This document shows positions 19,895 to 30,051 of a stretch of 64,000 nt of DNA, one piece after another. How positions within the stretch are numbered: position 1 is the stretch's first letter; each line of letters begins with the position of its first letter. Source of the DNA: an uncultured Bacteroides sp. GTDB taxonomy: Bacteria; Bacteroidota; Bacteroidia; Bacteroidales; GCA-2748055. A program made the position numbers and the translations under genes. The DNA is taken from positions 93,968-157,967 of the forward strand of contig CAZRPW010000001.1 of the NCBI GenBank assembly GCA_964601975.1. The letters are read 5' to 3'. The notes under the pieces were generated by a model. It ran no database searches and was not told the origin of the DNA. It was given only the letters and a program-made list of their open reading frames with translations.

Positions 19895-21253
19895 ATGCCA
19901 GTTCTTAAAAGCATCAATCCCTTTGATCCTTCCAGGGTGGTGAACTACCCTCAGCTATCGGATATCAACCTGACCGTTCGCCTGGGAAGGGCCGGGACTG
20001 CATTTAAAAAATACAGGAAAAGTGCTTTTGCTGAAAGGGAGGAGCTGATGAACCGGGTGGCCGGTATTCTGAGGGAACGCAGTGCCGAGCTGGCGGAACT
20101 CATTACCCGGGAGATGGGAAAGCCGGTAAAGGAGGCTGAAGCCGAAGTTCGCAAATGTGCATGGGTTTGCGAGTATTATGCGGTTCATGCAGAGGAATTC
20201 CTCCACGAGAGGGTGGTTGTTACTGAAGCCGAGGAGAGCAGGGTGATCTACCAGGCCCTTGGGCCCATACTTGCAATTATGCCCTGGAACTATCCATTCT
20301 GGCAGGTATTCCGATGCGCTGCACCTGTGCTGATGGCAGGCAATACGATGCTGCTGAAGCATGCCTCAAACGTGCAGGGCTGCGCCATGGCTCTTGAAGA
20401 GATATTTACAGAAGCAGGATATGCAGAGGGTGTTTTTCAAAACCTTGCCATCTCATCCGACCGGGTTGCCGGTGTAATTGCCCACGAATACGTAGTGGCG
20501 GTATCGCTAACAGGGAGTGAAGCTGCAGGAAGGGCAGTGGCTGCCCAGGCGGGTCTTCATCTGAAGAAATGTGTACTGGAACTGGGAGGCAACAATGCCT
20601 TTGTGGTCCTGAATGATGCAAACCAGGAGCTTGCATTGAATATTGCTGTGCCGGCCCGGATGCAGAATGGCGGGCAAAGTTGCATTGCGGCCAAAAGGTT
20701 TATCCTGGAGTCCTGGATCGCCGAGGATTTTGTACCCTCCCTGATGAAGAGAATTGCAAAGCTGGTGATGGGTAATCCGATGGATGAAAACACCGATGTG
20801 GGTCCGCTTTCTTCCATCCAACAGGCCAGGGAGGTGGAGCGACAGGTTAAAAGTTCCGTGGAGATGGGAGCCAGGCTTCTTACCGGAGGCCATCGTAAAG
20901 ACGCCTTTTTTGAACCCGCACTGGTAACCGGGGTTAAGCCGGGGATGCCCCTCTTTGACGAGGAGGTATTTGGCCCGGTATTCGCCATAACGGAAGTGGA
21001 TTCTGCTGAAAAAGCCCTGGAGCTTTCTAATCAGTCCCTTTTTGGACTGGGAATGCAGGTATTTACGCAGAATGAAGCGCTATCCGGGAAGTTTATTGAA
21101 GAGGCCAGGGAGGGGGCTGTATTTATAAACGCTATGGTAAAGTCGGATCCCCGGCTTCCCTTTGGAGGCTTGAAAAATTCGGGTTACGGACGTGAATTAT
21201 CAATTGAAGGGATTCGCGAATTTGTGAATATAAAGAGTGTTTGGATCGACTAG
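19895..21253 (+). CDS. NAD(P)+-dependent aldehyde / succinate-semialdehyde dehydrogenase
   Basis: Conserved sequence starts at ATG 19895 (MPVLKSINPFD). ALDH motifs LELGGNNAF and the catalytic-Cys block GQSCIAAKR; PFGGLKNSGYGRE near the C-terminus. Confidence 0.85.
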   Translation: MPVLKSINPFDPSRVVNYPQLSDINLTVRLGRAGTAFKKYRKSAFAEREELMNRVAGILRERSAELAELITREMGKPVKEAEAEVRKCAWVCEYYAVHAEEFLHERVVVTEAEESRVIYQALGPILAIMPWNYPFWQVFRCAAPVLMAGNTMLLKHASNVQGCAMALEEIFTEAGYAEGVFQNLAISSDRVAGVIAHEYVVAVSLTGSEAAGRAVAAQAGLHLKKCVLELGGNNAFVVLNDANQELALNIAVPARMQNGGQSCIAAKRFILESWIAEDFVPSLMKRIAKLVMGNPMDENTDVGPLSSIQQAREVERQVKSSVEMGARLLTGGHRKDAFFEPALVTGVKPGMPLFDEEVFGPVFAITEVDSAEKALELSNQSLFGLGMQVFTQNEALSGKFIEEAREGAVFINAMVKSDPRLPFGGLKNSGYGRELSIEGIREFVNIKSVWID

Positions 21254-21291
21254 AAGGGAATAGAATAAAACATATAACAAGATAATTACCT

Positions 21292-23925
21292 ATGAAAAGA
21301 ATGATTACCGCAGCCATGATGCTGCTTATCCTGTCCGGATTAATGGCACAGAAGGAGTCCATTACCATTCCATCTGATTATTTTGGGTTCGAACCCGGAT
21401 CGGACAGGAATCTTTTTTCCTATCAGAAGTTGATATCCTACCTGCAGGAGCTGGATGCTCAATCGGATCGGATCAAGCTCGAGGAAATTGGGACCTCACC
21501 CATGGGGAAGACCATGTATATCGCCTTTATTTCCAGTGCGGAAAATATTGATAAACTGGAGTCGCTGAAGGTGATTAACAGGGAGCTGGCGCTTAACCCG
21601 GATCTTCCTGAAGAGCAGCTCGAGGAATTTGTCAGCTCGGGGAAGGCCTTTGTGCTGGCCACGCTTTCCATGCACTCCACCGAGGTGGCGCCCTCTCAAT
21701 CTGCTCCTCTTATTGCCTATGAACTCGCCAGCACCAGCGAAAAAAAGAAGCTGGAGTGGCTACAGAACGTTGTCTACATGATGGTCCCCTGTCACAACCC
21801 CGATGGCATGGATTTGATCGTAGAGAATTACAAAAAATACCTGGGGACCAAATATGAAGGAGCGTCTCTGCCCAGGGTCTATCATAAATATGTGGGACAT
21901 GACAATAACCGGGATTTTGTGATCCTGACCCAGGATGATAACAGGGCCATTGCCAGGATATATAATCAGAGCTGGTTCCCACAGGTAATGGTGGAAAAGC
22001 ACCAGATGGGATCCACAGGTACCCGCTATTTCGTGCCACCCAACCACGATCCCATTGCCGAGAATATACCTGCAGGAATATTCCACTGGGGAGGTATTTT
22101 TGGCCAACACATGGCCACCGATATGACTGCCGATGGACTGGCCGGGGTTTCCCAGCACTATGCTTTTGATGACTACTGGCCCGGGTCTACCGAGACCTGT
22201 ATATGGAAGAATGTGATCGGATTTTTAACCGAGGCAGCAAGCGCGCAGACTGCTTCGCCCATTTTCGTTGAACCCACCGAACTGAGAGTGGGAGGCAAGG
22301 GCCTTTCAGAGTATAAGAAAAGTATCAATATGTTGATGCCCTGGGAAGGGGGTTGGTGGCGTCTGGGCGATATCGTGGAGTATGAACGCTCATCCACCCG
22401 GTCGATCATCAAAACAGCCTCACTCTACCGAGAGGATATCCTCAGGTTCAGGAACCGTATGTGTCGCGAGCAGGTTGAAAAGGGCAGAAGTGAAGCGCCC
22501 TACTACTATATCATGCCAGCCGATCAGCACGATAAGGGTGAGCTTGTAAAGCTTGTGAATCTTATGAAGGAGCATGGTGTGGATTCGTATACCCTGAACG
22601 GTGAGCTGGTGATGGACGGTCGCCTCTACCGGGCAGGGGATGTGGTGATCCCACTGGCCCAGCCTTTCAGGTCCTTCATCAAGGAAGTTATGGAAACGCA
22701 GGAATTTCCCGAGCGGCACTACACACCCGGCGGAAAGCTTATAAAACCTTATGATATAACCAGCTGGTCGCTGCCTTTGCACAGGAATGTGAAATCAATG
22801 GAGATTGATATTCGGAGCGAAAAGATGGAGGGGATGCTGAGCCTAATTGAAGGTGAGTTTAGCATGGCCGAGCCTATGGAGCGATTGTCGCATACAATGG
22901 TGCTGACAGCCAATGCAAATGAATCGTACCGTGCGGCCTTTTTAGCCATTGAGAAGGGGATGAAGGTAGAGCGTTTGAAGGAGAGCCTGGAGCTAAGGGG
23001 TGAACGCTATCCGGCGGGTAGTTTCCTGGTCTATGAGAATTCTGCTGAAAAGGAGGATTGGAAAACCCTTTATGAATCGCTCCCCTTTACACCCGGGATG
23101 GTCACGGACAAAAGAGCCCTTTACGGAGCCCCCCTGAGTATGCCTCGGGTTGCGCTGGTGGAGACCTATTTTCACGACATGGATGCAGGCTGGACCCGAT
23201 TCCTGTTCGACACCTACCACATTCCCTATACGGTACTTCACCCCGAACAGGTGGCGGAAGCCGACCTGGCGGAAGACTATGATGTAGTGATCTTTCCCGA
23301 TAATGACAAGTCGATACTGATGAGCGGAAAACAGAAGTCGGGTGACTCATACTACATGGGTTCTTATCATCCCGATTATGTGGTGGGGATTGAGAAAAAG
23401 GGGATGGAGAAACTTTTGGGATTTAGTGCTAAAGGAGGTATCATCATTGCCTGGGGAAGATCGTCCATGCTTTTTGAAGGGATGTTGAAAGTCAGCACAA
23501 AAGAGGGTGATGAGGAATTCTCCTTGCCCTTCAGGGATCTCTCACCCCAGTTGAATAAAGAGGGCCTTTATGTGCCGGGAAGTCTGGTGAAGGTGGATCT
23601 GCTGGAAGATCATCCGCTCACCATAGGGATGCCGGCGCAGATTGGGGTTTTCTCCAGGGGCAGGCCGGTTTTTCAAACCTCTGTCCCCATGTTTGATATG
23701 GACCGGAGGGTGATCGGAACTTATCCTGAGAAGGAAGTGGTGATGAGTGGTTATGGAGCTAATGCAGAAAAAATGGGTGATAAGGCAGCTATGATCTGGC
23801 TGAAAAAGGGAAAAGGACAGTTTGTATTCTACGGCTTTGGTCCGCAGTTCAGGGCCTCTACCCAGGGCTCTTTTAAGCTGTTGTTCAACGCAATCCTACT
23901 TCCCCCTGTCGAGCAGGTCAAGTGA
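21292..23925 (+). CDS. Large M14-family zinc carboxypeptidase-like protein
   Basis: 877 aa with a signal peptide. M14 motifs HSTE (HxxE zinc ligands), PCHNPDG and GHDNNRDF. A long (~500 aa) C-terminal extension has unknown function. Confidence 0.75.
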   Translation: MKRMITAAMMLLILSGLMAQKESITIPSDYFGFEPGSDRNLFSYQKLISYLQELDAQSDRIKLEEIGTSPMGKTMYIAFISSAENIDKLESLKVINRELALNPDLPEEQLEEFVSSGKAFVLATLSMHSTEVAPSQSAPLIAYELASTSEKKKLEWLQNVVYMMVPCHNPDGMDLIVENYKKYLGTKYEGASLPRVYHKYVGHDNNRDFVILTQDDNRAIARIYNQSWFPQVMVEKHQMGSTGTRYFVPPNHDPIAENIPAGIFHWGGIFGQHMATDMTADGLAGVSQHYAFDDYWPGSTETCIWKNVIGFLTEAASAQTASPIFVEPTELRVGGKGLSEYKKSINMLMPWEGGWWRLGDIVEYERSSTRSIIKTASLYREDILRFRNRMCREQVEKGRSEAPYYYIMPADQHDKGELVKLVNLMKEHGVDSYTLNGELVMDGRLYRAGDVVIPLAQPFRSFIKEVMETQEFPERHYTPGGKLIKPYDITSWSLPLHRNVKSMEIDIRSEKMEGMLSLIEGEFSMAEPMERLSHTMVLTANANESYRAAFLAIEKGMKVERLKESLELRGERYPAGSFLVYENSAEKEDWKTLYESLPFTPGMVTDKRALYGAPLSMPRVALVETYFHDMDAGWTRFLFDTYHIPYTVLHPEQVAEADLAEDYDVVIFPDNDKSILMSGKQKSGDSYYMGSYHPDYVVGIEKKGMEKLLGFSAKGGIIIAWGRSSMLFEGMLKVSTKEGDEEFSLPFRDLSPQLNKEGLYVPGSLVKVDLLEDHPLTIGMPAQIGVFSRGRPVFQTSVPMFDMDRRVIGTYPEKEVVMSGYGANAEKMGDKAAMIWLKKGKGQFVFYGFGPQFRASTQGSFKLLFNAILLPPVEQVK

Positions 23926-25797
23926 TTCTTCACGTCGCGGAGTATCATCCCATGAGTGATCGTCCTGGTAGGTTGTGTCTTCCTGCTCTGCCCGGAGGAT
24001 CTCTTCCACTTCAAGGGCATGCTTTTTGGCTTCACTGAGGTATTTCTTTTCGTCTTCCCCATGGTGCTTGCAGAGGTCGCGGATCACCTCATGGTTGTGC
24101 CTTCGGAAAATCCGACCAAGGCGGTAGGCCCTGTATTTCTGGTATCCCAGGCTGGTCAGGACTTTCATTCCAAGCTGGAGGGAGGATTCGAAAGTGTCAC
24201 TCTCGAATTCCGCCACTTTTCGCCTTAAAAGATCATATGTGTGGTCCATGTCCATGGCCCTGGCCAGGATTTTCAGGTTCGGGTAGTTTCGTTCTACCTG
24301 GTCAATGATCCGGAGCGATTTCTGTTTGTCTGACACTGCCACTACAATTACCCTGGCATTTTTTCCGCCGGCAGCTTTCAACAGGTCTCCCCGTGAAGCG
24401 TCGCCGTAGTAGACTTTGAAACCAAATTTTTTAAGTATATCGATGTTATCAGGGTTGTCGTCCAGGATGGTGACCCTGATCCCGTTGGCAATGAGGAAAC
24501 GCCCGATCACCACCCCGAAGTCATCGAAGCCGGCGATGATTACAGGGTTGTCCTTCTCCTCAACCACATCATGGTCGCGCTCCAGGCCTGTTTTTTCTAC
24601 CCGGGGCTGAACCACCCTGTCATTAAAAAGCAGCAGCAGGGGTGTAACGGCCATTGAAAGTGCTACCACCACAAACAAAATATCAGAAACATGGTTGGTC
24701 ACCACACCGTTGTCGAGGCTGAAAGATACCAGGACAAAGGCAAATTCACCTCCCTGGGCAAGGGAGAAGGCAAAGAGGGTGTTTTGTCCACCTCTCAGTG
24801 AAAAGAACCTTCCCAGGATAAAAAGAACCAGGAATTTAATACCGATCAGCAGTCCCAGCAATCCCAGGATCATCCATGGTGAATCAAGCAGCAGGTTGAA
24901 ATCAATACTGGCTCCAACTGAAATGAAAAACAGCCCAAGCAAAAGGCCTTTGAAGGGCTCAATATCTGCTTCCAGTTCGTGCCTGTATTCATTGTTGGCC
25001 AGGACCACACCAGCAAGGAAGGCCCCCAGGGCCGGCGATAATCCTACCAGGTCCATGAGGATGGCTGCAGCGATCACCAGTAATAAGGCCATGGCTGTAA
25101 AGATTTCCCGGAGTCCGGTTCGGGCAATAATCCTGAACATATACCGGGCCAGGTAGCGTCCGGCTATGACAATGCCGCTGAAGATTACCAGGATCATGAT
25201 TACCTGGAACCAGCCAGAGACTTCCATATTTCCAATGTGGTGAATTTCATCACCCTTCAAAAGGGCTGCAGAGGGATGAATTGCCAGCAGGGGCAGGATC
25301 GCAAAAATCGGAACCACAGCGATGTCCTGCAGGAGCAATACCGAGAAGGCGGATTGTCCGGCTGCCTGTTTCATAAGGTTTTTCTCTGCCAGGGTCTGGA
25401 GTACAATGGCTGTTGAGGAGAGTCCCAGCATCAGACCAATGGCAATCCCTTCTTTGGGAGAAAGTCCCAGCAAAATTGCAGCAACAGCGATCACAAGAGC
25501 TGACCCTGTAAGCTGGATGCCCCCCATTCCAAAAATGGAACGCCGCATCTGCCAAAGGAGGTTGGGTTTCATCTCCAGTCCAATTATGAATAACATCATC
25601 ACCACCCCAAATTCGGCAAAGTGCATTACATCTTCGCCTTCCTTCCCGATCAGCTTCAATGCAAAGGGTCCGATGATGATTCCTGCGATCAGGTAGCCCA
25701 GCACCGACCCGAATCCGAGCCTTTTAGCTACAGGGACCGATATCACTGCAGCAAGCAGATAGATGAAAGCCTGATAAAAGAAATCCTGTTGATGCAT
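23896..25797 (-). CDS. kefC: CPA2 monovalent cation:proton antiporter, KefB/KefC-type K+ efflux protein with RCK/TrkA-N domain
   Basis: 633 aa. The N-terminal ~390 aa is polytopic membrane domain. It is followed by VIIAGFDDFGVVIGRFL, a Rossmann-type RCK domain. Confidence 0.85.
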   Translation of the reverse strand: MHQQDFFYQAFIYLLAAVISVPVAKRLGFGSVLGYLIAGIIIGPFALKLIGKEGEDVMHFAEFGVVMMLFIIGLEMKPNLLWQMRRSIFGMGGIQLTGSALVIAVAAILLGLSPKEGIAIGLMLGLSSTAIVLQTLAEKNLMKQAAGQSAFSVLLLQDIAVVPIFAILPLLAIHPSAALLKGDEIHHIGNMEVSGWFQVIMILVIFSGIVIAGRYLARYMFRIIARTGLREIFTAMALLLVIAAAILMDLVGLSPALGAFLAGVVLANNEYRHELEADIEPFKGLLLGLFFISVGASIDFNLLLDSPWMILGLLGLLIGIKFLVLFILGRFFSLRGGQNTLFAFSLAQGGEFAFVLVSFSLDNGVVTNHVSDILFVVVALSMAVTPLLLLFNDRVVQPRVEKTGLERDHDVVEEKDNPVIIAGFDDFGVVIGRFLIANGIRVTILDDNPDNIDILKKFGFKVYYGDASRGDLLKAAGGKNARVIVVAVSDKQKSLRIIDQVERNYPNLKILARAMDMDHTYDLLRRKVAEFESDTFESSLQLGMKVLTSLGYQKYRAYRLGRIFRRHNHEVIRDLCKHHGEDEKKYLSEAKKHALEVEEILRAEQEDTTYQDDHSWDDTPRREESLDLLDRGK

Positions 25798-25808
25798 GTT
25801 GCTAATAT

Positions 25809-26405
25809 TTATACTTTGATATCGTTTATATATTCATTCTTTCTTAAGGCTTCCACGCTGAAAGCATCGTCCCGCAGCGCGGTGATAATCCTCTTGTATT
25901 CGTTGGCAGCTAAGGCAATTCCCCTGTCATCCAGGAGATGGGTTCTGTGAACCACGAAGGGAGGCAGGTACTCAAGCTTGCATAGATTGGCCGTCTGTTC
26001 GAAGGGCGCCAGCAGTTGCCTGATTGTGAAGTTCCGGGCTCCTCCCTCCCGGTATACCTCCCTGCTTCCCCCGGAGGAGATAGCAGTCAGGAGTTTTTTT
26101 CCGGCCAGGGCATCTCCTTCCCGTCCAAACGCAAATCCGTGTTGCAATACAATGTCAATCCACTCTTTAAGCAGGGAGGGAGAGCTGTACCAGTAGAAGG
26201 GGTGGTGCCAGACAATGATATCATGCTCCAGCAGAATTTGCTGCTCTTTTTGGATGTCAATATAGAAATCGGGATAGAGGTCGTACATAAACCTTATGGT
26301 GACCCCTTCTATTCCGCTTACTGCCCCAATCAGTTTACTGTTCACCCTGGATTTGTGGAAGAGGGGATGGAACAGCATGATTACAATTTTTCGATTACCT
26401 GTCAT
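25809..26405 (-). CDS. Flavodoxin-fold NAD(P)H oxidoreductase, KefF/KefG-like ancillary subunit
   Basis: 198 aa. HPLFHKSRVN ... WHHPFYWYSSPSLLKEWID is typical of KefF/KefG-type quinone oxidoreductases. It lies directly upstream of kefC. Confidence 0.7.
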   Translation of the reverse strand: MTGNRKIVIMLFHPLFHKSRVNSKLIGAVSGIEGVTIRFMYDLYPDFYIDIQKEQQILLEHDIIVWHHPFYWYSSPSLLKEWIDIVLQHGFAFGREGDALAGKKLLTAISSGGSREVYREGGARNFTIRQLLAPFEQTANLCKLEYLPPFVVHRTHLLDDRGIALAANEYKRIITALRDDAFSVEALRKNEYINDIKV

Positions 26406-26509
26406 TGTGGGAATTCTCTTAGCATTGAAACCATAACAATTTAGTCAGAAAAATGATCATAGAAAAGATCAGATGCATATCTTGTAAGGCAAACTAAACC
26501 AGATAAGTC

Positions 26510-28075
26510 ATGAAAAAAGCGGTACTGAGGACATTTGCTTTGGCAATAGTAATGATTATTTCAAGCTGGATCCCAGGCTTTTCAGCAGAGAATCCTGGGG
26601 AAACTGTGCTTGTCACTATACACGCCGATAAAGGGGGAGAGATCATCAGTAAACATATATACGGGCACTTTTCCGAGCACCTGGGAAGATGTATTTACGG
26701 GGGCTACTGGGTGGGCCTGGATTCAGAAATTCCAAATACCAATGGAATCAGGAAGGATGTGGTGGAGGCCCTCAGGCAAATCAATATTCCAAATCTTCGC
26801 TGGCCGGGGGGCTGCTTTGCAGATGAGTATCACTGGATGGACGGGATTGGTGATGCTGCTCTCAGGCCGAAAATGGTCAATACCCACTGGGGCGGGGTCA
26901 CAGAGGATAATAGTTTTGGTACCCACGAGTTCCTGGAGCTTTGCGAACAGCTGCAAACAGAGCCGGTGATCTGCGGAAATGTTGGAAGCGGAACGGTGAA
27001 GGAGATGTCGCAGTGGGTCGAGTACATCAACTTTGACGGGATCAGCCCCATGGCCGATCTGCGCAGGGTAAACGGCCGCGATGAGGCCTGGGGAGTGAAG
27101 TACTGGGGTGTGGGAAATGAGAACTGGGGATGCGGTGGGAATATGACAGCCGATTTCTATGCTGACCAGTACAGGCGTTACGCCACCTTCTGCAGAAACT
27201 TTGGAGAAAACCGCCTGTTTAAAATAGCGGGGGGTGCTAATTCTGAAGATTTCGGCTGGACCGAGACCCTTATGAAAAAGGTTCCCCACCACATGATGAA
27301 CGGACTTTCATTACATTACTACACCACGAACTGGAATCATAAGGGCTCGGCAACCCAATTCGGGGAAGCGCTTTATTTCGATGTGCTTCAGAGGTGCCTT
27401 CATATCGAGGAAGCCATTGATAAACATATGGCCATCATGGACAAGTATGATCCGGAGAAAAAAGTGGCACTGGTTTTTGATGAATGGGGAACCTGGTATG
27501 ATGTGGAACCGGGAACCAACCCGGGTTTCCTGTTCCAGCAGAACAGTATGCGTGATGCCCTGGTAGCCGGACTTACACTCAACTACCTGAACGATCGTTG
27601 CGACCGGGTCAGAATGGCCAACATTGCCCAGACGGTGAATGTGCTTCAGTCCCTCATATTTACAGATGAAGAGAAGATGATGCTGACGCCCACCTATCAT
27701 GTATATGATATGTACAAGGTGCATCACGATGCCGAGATGCTTCCGGTGGAAGTGGATGGCCCGGATTACTCTTTCGGCGACCAGCGCCTTCCGGCAGTAA
27801 GCATCAGTGCCTCCAGAAGCGAAGCCGGACTCATTCATCTCTCAACTGTGAATATTGATCCTGAAAGAAAACTTGAACTTGCCTTTTCCCTGGAAGGGGT
27901 GGAAGTAAACTCAGTTTCCGCCACCCTGCTGAGCGCAAAGGATATCAACAGTCACAATACATTTGAGCATCCCGAAGAGGTCGTGATCAGGGAGTTTTCG
28001 GATGTAAAAATAAAGGGCGAACAAATATTATTGAACCTGCCTGCCCATTCGATAGTGATGCTTGAGATCCGCTAA
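26510..28075 (+). CDS. abfA: GH51 alpha-L-arabinofuranosidase
   Basis: 521 aa with a signal peptide. Motifs [32 protein letters not shown] and [12 protein letters not shown]. Confidence 0.85.
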   Translation: MKKAVLRTFALAIVMIISSWIPGFSAENPGETVLVTIHADKGGEIISKHIYGHFSEHLGRCIYGGYWVGLDSEIPNTNGIRKDVVEALRQINIPNLRWPGGCFADEYHWMDGIGDAALRPKMVNTHWGGVTEDNSFGTHEFLELCEQLQTEPVICGNVGSGTVKEMSQWVEYINFDGISPMADLRRVNGRDEAWGVKYWGVGNENWGCGGNMTADFYADQYRRYATFCRNFGENRLFKIAGGANSEDFGWTETLMKKVPHHMMNGLSLHYYTTNWNHKGSATQFGEALYFDVLQRCLHIEEAIDKHMAIMDKYDPEKKVALVFDEWGTWYDVEPGTNPGFLFQQNSMRDALVAGLTLNYLNDRCDRVRMANIAQTVNVLQSLIFTDEEKMMLTPTYHVYDMYKVHHDAEMLPVEVDGPDYSFGDQRLPAVSISASRSEAGLIHLSTVNIDPERKLELAFSLEGVEVNSVSATLLSAKDINSHNTFEHPEEVVIREFSDVKIKGEQILLNLPAHSIVMLEIR

Positions 28076-28983
28076 AGGGGTGAGTCCCCTTTTTCATCAG
28101 GGCGCGTGTAGTAGCGCAGGGTGGGATAGGCAAATTCTATATCAACATGGGTGGCAAAGGCCCTGAGTACATCCTCCCAGATCTCGTGCTCGGTGATCCG
28201 CCGCTTCCTGGGGTCACACACGTAACGCATGGTGAGCATGATGCCACTATCCTTAACAGAGGTGTAGACAATGGGGGTAAGGTACTGGTAAAAGATCATG
28301 TACTTTTTGCTGGCTTCGATGATTCTTTTTTCGGCATCGGCCGACAACTCCTTGGCATGCTCGCTGACGATTTTCAGCATCAGTTCCTTGGCTTTGGTCC
28401 AGTTACTCTCAAAGGTAAGCAGTATGCCGATTTCGTTCCAGATAAATTTGAAGCCCGAGCTGTAGTTGCTCTGGGTCCGGGTAAAAACCACTCCGTTGGG
28501 AATGTGGCTGATTCTGCCGGTGCTCTGGTCGGCATCCACCCAGTTGCCAATCTCCAGCAGGGTGAACTGGAAGAGGCGGAGGTCGATCACATCTCCTGCA
28601 TGATCTCCAATCTGCACCCGGTCACCCAGGTTGAAGGGCTTGCGGGCAAGGATGAAGATCCACCCGGCAATATTGGTGAGCAAGTCTTTCAATGCAATGG
28701 CCAGGCCTGCAGTAAAAAGACCCAGGAAAGTGCTAAACCGTCCGATGGCCTTGATCCAGACACTCCCTATGAGAATGACCGTCAGCAGGCCAATGGCAAA
28801 AGACAAGCTTCTTTTCCATTTATACCTCATCTTTGGGTCCTCGGTAGAACGCCAGACAATCTTCAGGATGGAGAACCTGATGATTCCCAGGACCCCCAGG
28901 ATGAGAACTGAATATAAGATATTGGATTGGTTGTCAGGACTGATTCCAAGGCTCGTTTGCAGAAATTCTGTGATCCTGTTCAT
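28072..28983 (-). CDS. Mechanosensitive ion channel (MscS family)
   Basis: 303 aa. Three N-terminal TM segments are followed by the MscS beta-domain pattern [27 protein letters not shown]. Confidence 0.8.
   Translation of the reverse strand: MNRITEFLQTSLGISPDNQSNILYSVLILGVLGIIRFSILKIVWRSTEDPKMRYKWKRSLSFAIGLLTVILIGSVWIKAIGRFSTFLGLFTAGLAIALKDLLTNIAGWIFILARKPFNLGDRVQIGDHAGDVIDLRLFQFTLLEIGNWVDADQSTGRISHIPNGVVFTRTQSNYSSGFKFIWNEIGILLTFESNWTKAKELMLKIVSEHAKELSADAEKRIIEASKKYMIFYQYLTPIVYTSVKDSGIMLTMRYVCDPRKRRITEHEIWEDVLRAFATHVDIEFAYPTLRYYTRPDEKGDSPL
28074..28095 (+). terminator. Possible intrinsic terminator of abfA (hairpin AGGGG-tgagt-CCCCT followed by TTTT)
   Basis: Read directly after the TAA at 28073-28075. 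It is embedded in the last codons of the convergent mscS-like gene. The stem is short (5-7 bp). Confidence 0.35.
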
Positions 28984-29062
28984 GGAGGCAGGGCTATGAT
29001 CTCATCTAAAAATAGTGAATAATCTCTAATATAACAGTCAGAAAGGCTTATGTTTATCCACA

Positions 29063-30040
29063 TCAGATTCTGGCCAGGGCCATGGTGGCTGCATGGAGCG
29101 TGATGGTGATCAGCAGGTAGAGTTTCCTGGAAGCCTCCGGAGAAAGCTTCAGAAAACGGTATTTAATGGAGCCGGCATGACAGGCTGAGAGGCAATCGCC
29201 ACAAAGGGTACAGGTAGTACCCGGCTTCCTTGCCTTGATGTCTGCCCGGTTCAGCGCATCGTATTTGCAGGATGTTGTGCAGACCATACAATCGGTACAG
29301 CTGCTGTTGTCGATAGACAATCTGAAGGGGTTCACAAAGCTTGTGAGGTTTACTACAGTGCCGATGGGGCAGTAGGCAGTGCAATGGACCATGTGGCCTT
29401 TTTTACGGGAGATGATCAGGATGAGTGCCAGTCCGACTACTCCAAATCCACCTGCCAGGATGGTGGCCGAGAGCACAGGCACCTTCATCCACCTGAGAAC
29501 GATCGCAGCGAAAATTACAAGTAGCAGCACCGTCCATTTTAACGCCCATTTATTACGGATGGGACTGCGCCTTTTAAGGCCTCCTGCAGCCAGGTTATCA
29601 ATCGCTCCAAAGTAACAAAGGTGACTGCACCATGCAGAACCTGAAAGGATCACTGTGCTGATGAAAAGAATCGTCATTACCGAAGCCTGTCCCCGGTATA
29701 TGGGACCGGCCAGGATCATCATGGGAACCGGAAGATGAAGCTTGCCGCTCATCAGGAATTTTTCCGAAACCAGCAGGCCTAGCAGAAGCTGGGAAAAGAA
29801 TACAATGGAGAAAACAAACCAGGTGTATTTTCTCCACTTGGCCACCTTTTTCGGATCCTGCATATGCCATGCAACAAGAGCACCGTAAAGACCAATTAAA
29901 AAGATTTCAAACCAGCCACCTCCCTCCATAAATCGCTCCAAAAGGAGTAAGGGATTTTCTACTTTCCATTGTACAAAAAACAGAAGAAAGACAACTGCCA
30001 GGAATACCCCGGCCGGCAGTCTGAATGCTTTATGGTTCAT
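29063..30040 (-). CDS. Membrane-bound 4Fe-4S polyferredoxin, NapH/MauN-like
   Basis: 325 aa with several TM segments. Cysteine clusters CSHLCYFG, HCTAYCPIG, CTDCMVCTTSC and CTLCGDCLSAC. Last gene of the nrf operon. Confidence 0.65.
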   Translation of the reverse strand: MNHKAFRLPAGVFLAVVFLLFFVQWKVENPLLLLERFMEGGGWFEIFLIGLYGALVAWHMQDPKKVAKWRKYTWFVFSIVFFSQLLLGLLVSEKFLMSGKLHLPVPMMILAGPIYRGQASVMTILFISTVILSGSAWCSHLCYFGAIDNLAAGGLKRRSPIRNKWALKWTVLLLVIFAAIVLRWMKVPVLSATILAGGFGVVGLALILIISRKKGHMVHCTAYCPIGTVVNLTSFVNPFRLSIDNSSCTDCMVCTTSCKYDALNRADIKARKPGTTCTLCGDCLSACHAGSIKYRFLKLSPEASRKLYLLITITLHAATMALARI

Positions 30041-30051
30041 TCCTGAATCGC

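Noticed and set aside
29054-29062. Perfect DnaA-box consensus TTATCCACA between the mscS-like and NapH-like genes.
   Set aside because: It is a single isolated 9-mer, and roughly one such match is expected by chance in 64 kb on two strands. There is no cluster of boxes and no adjacent AT-rich unwinding element.
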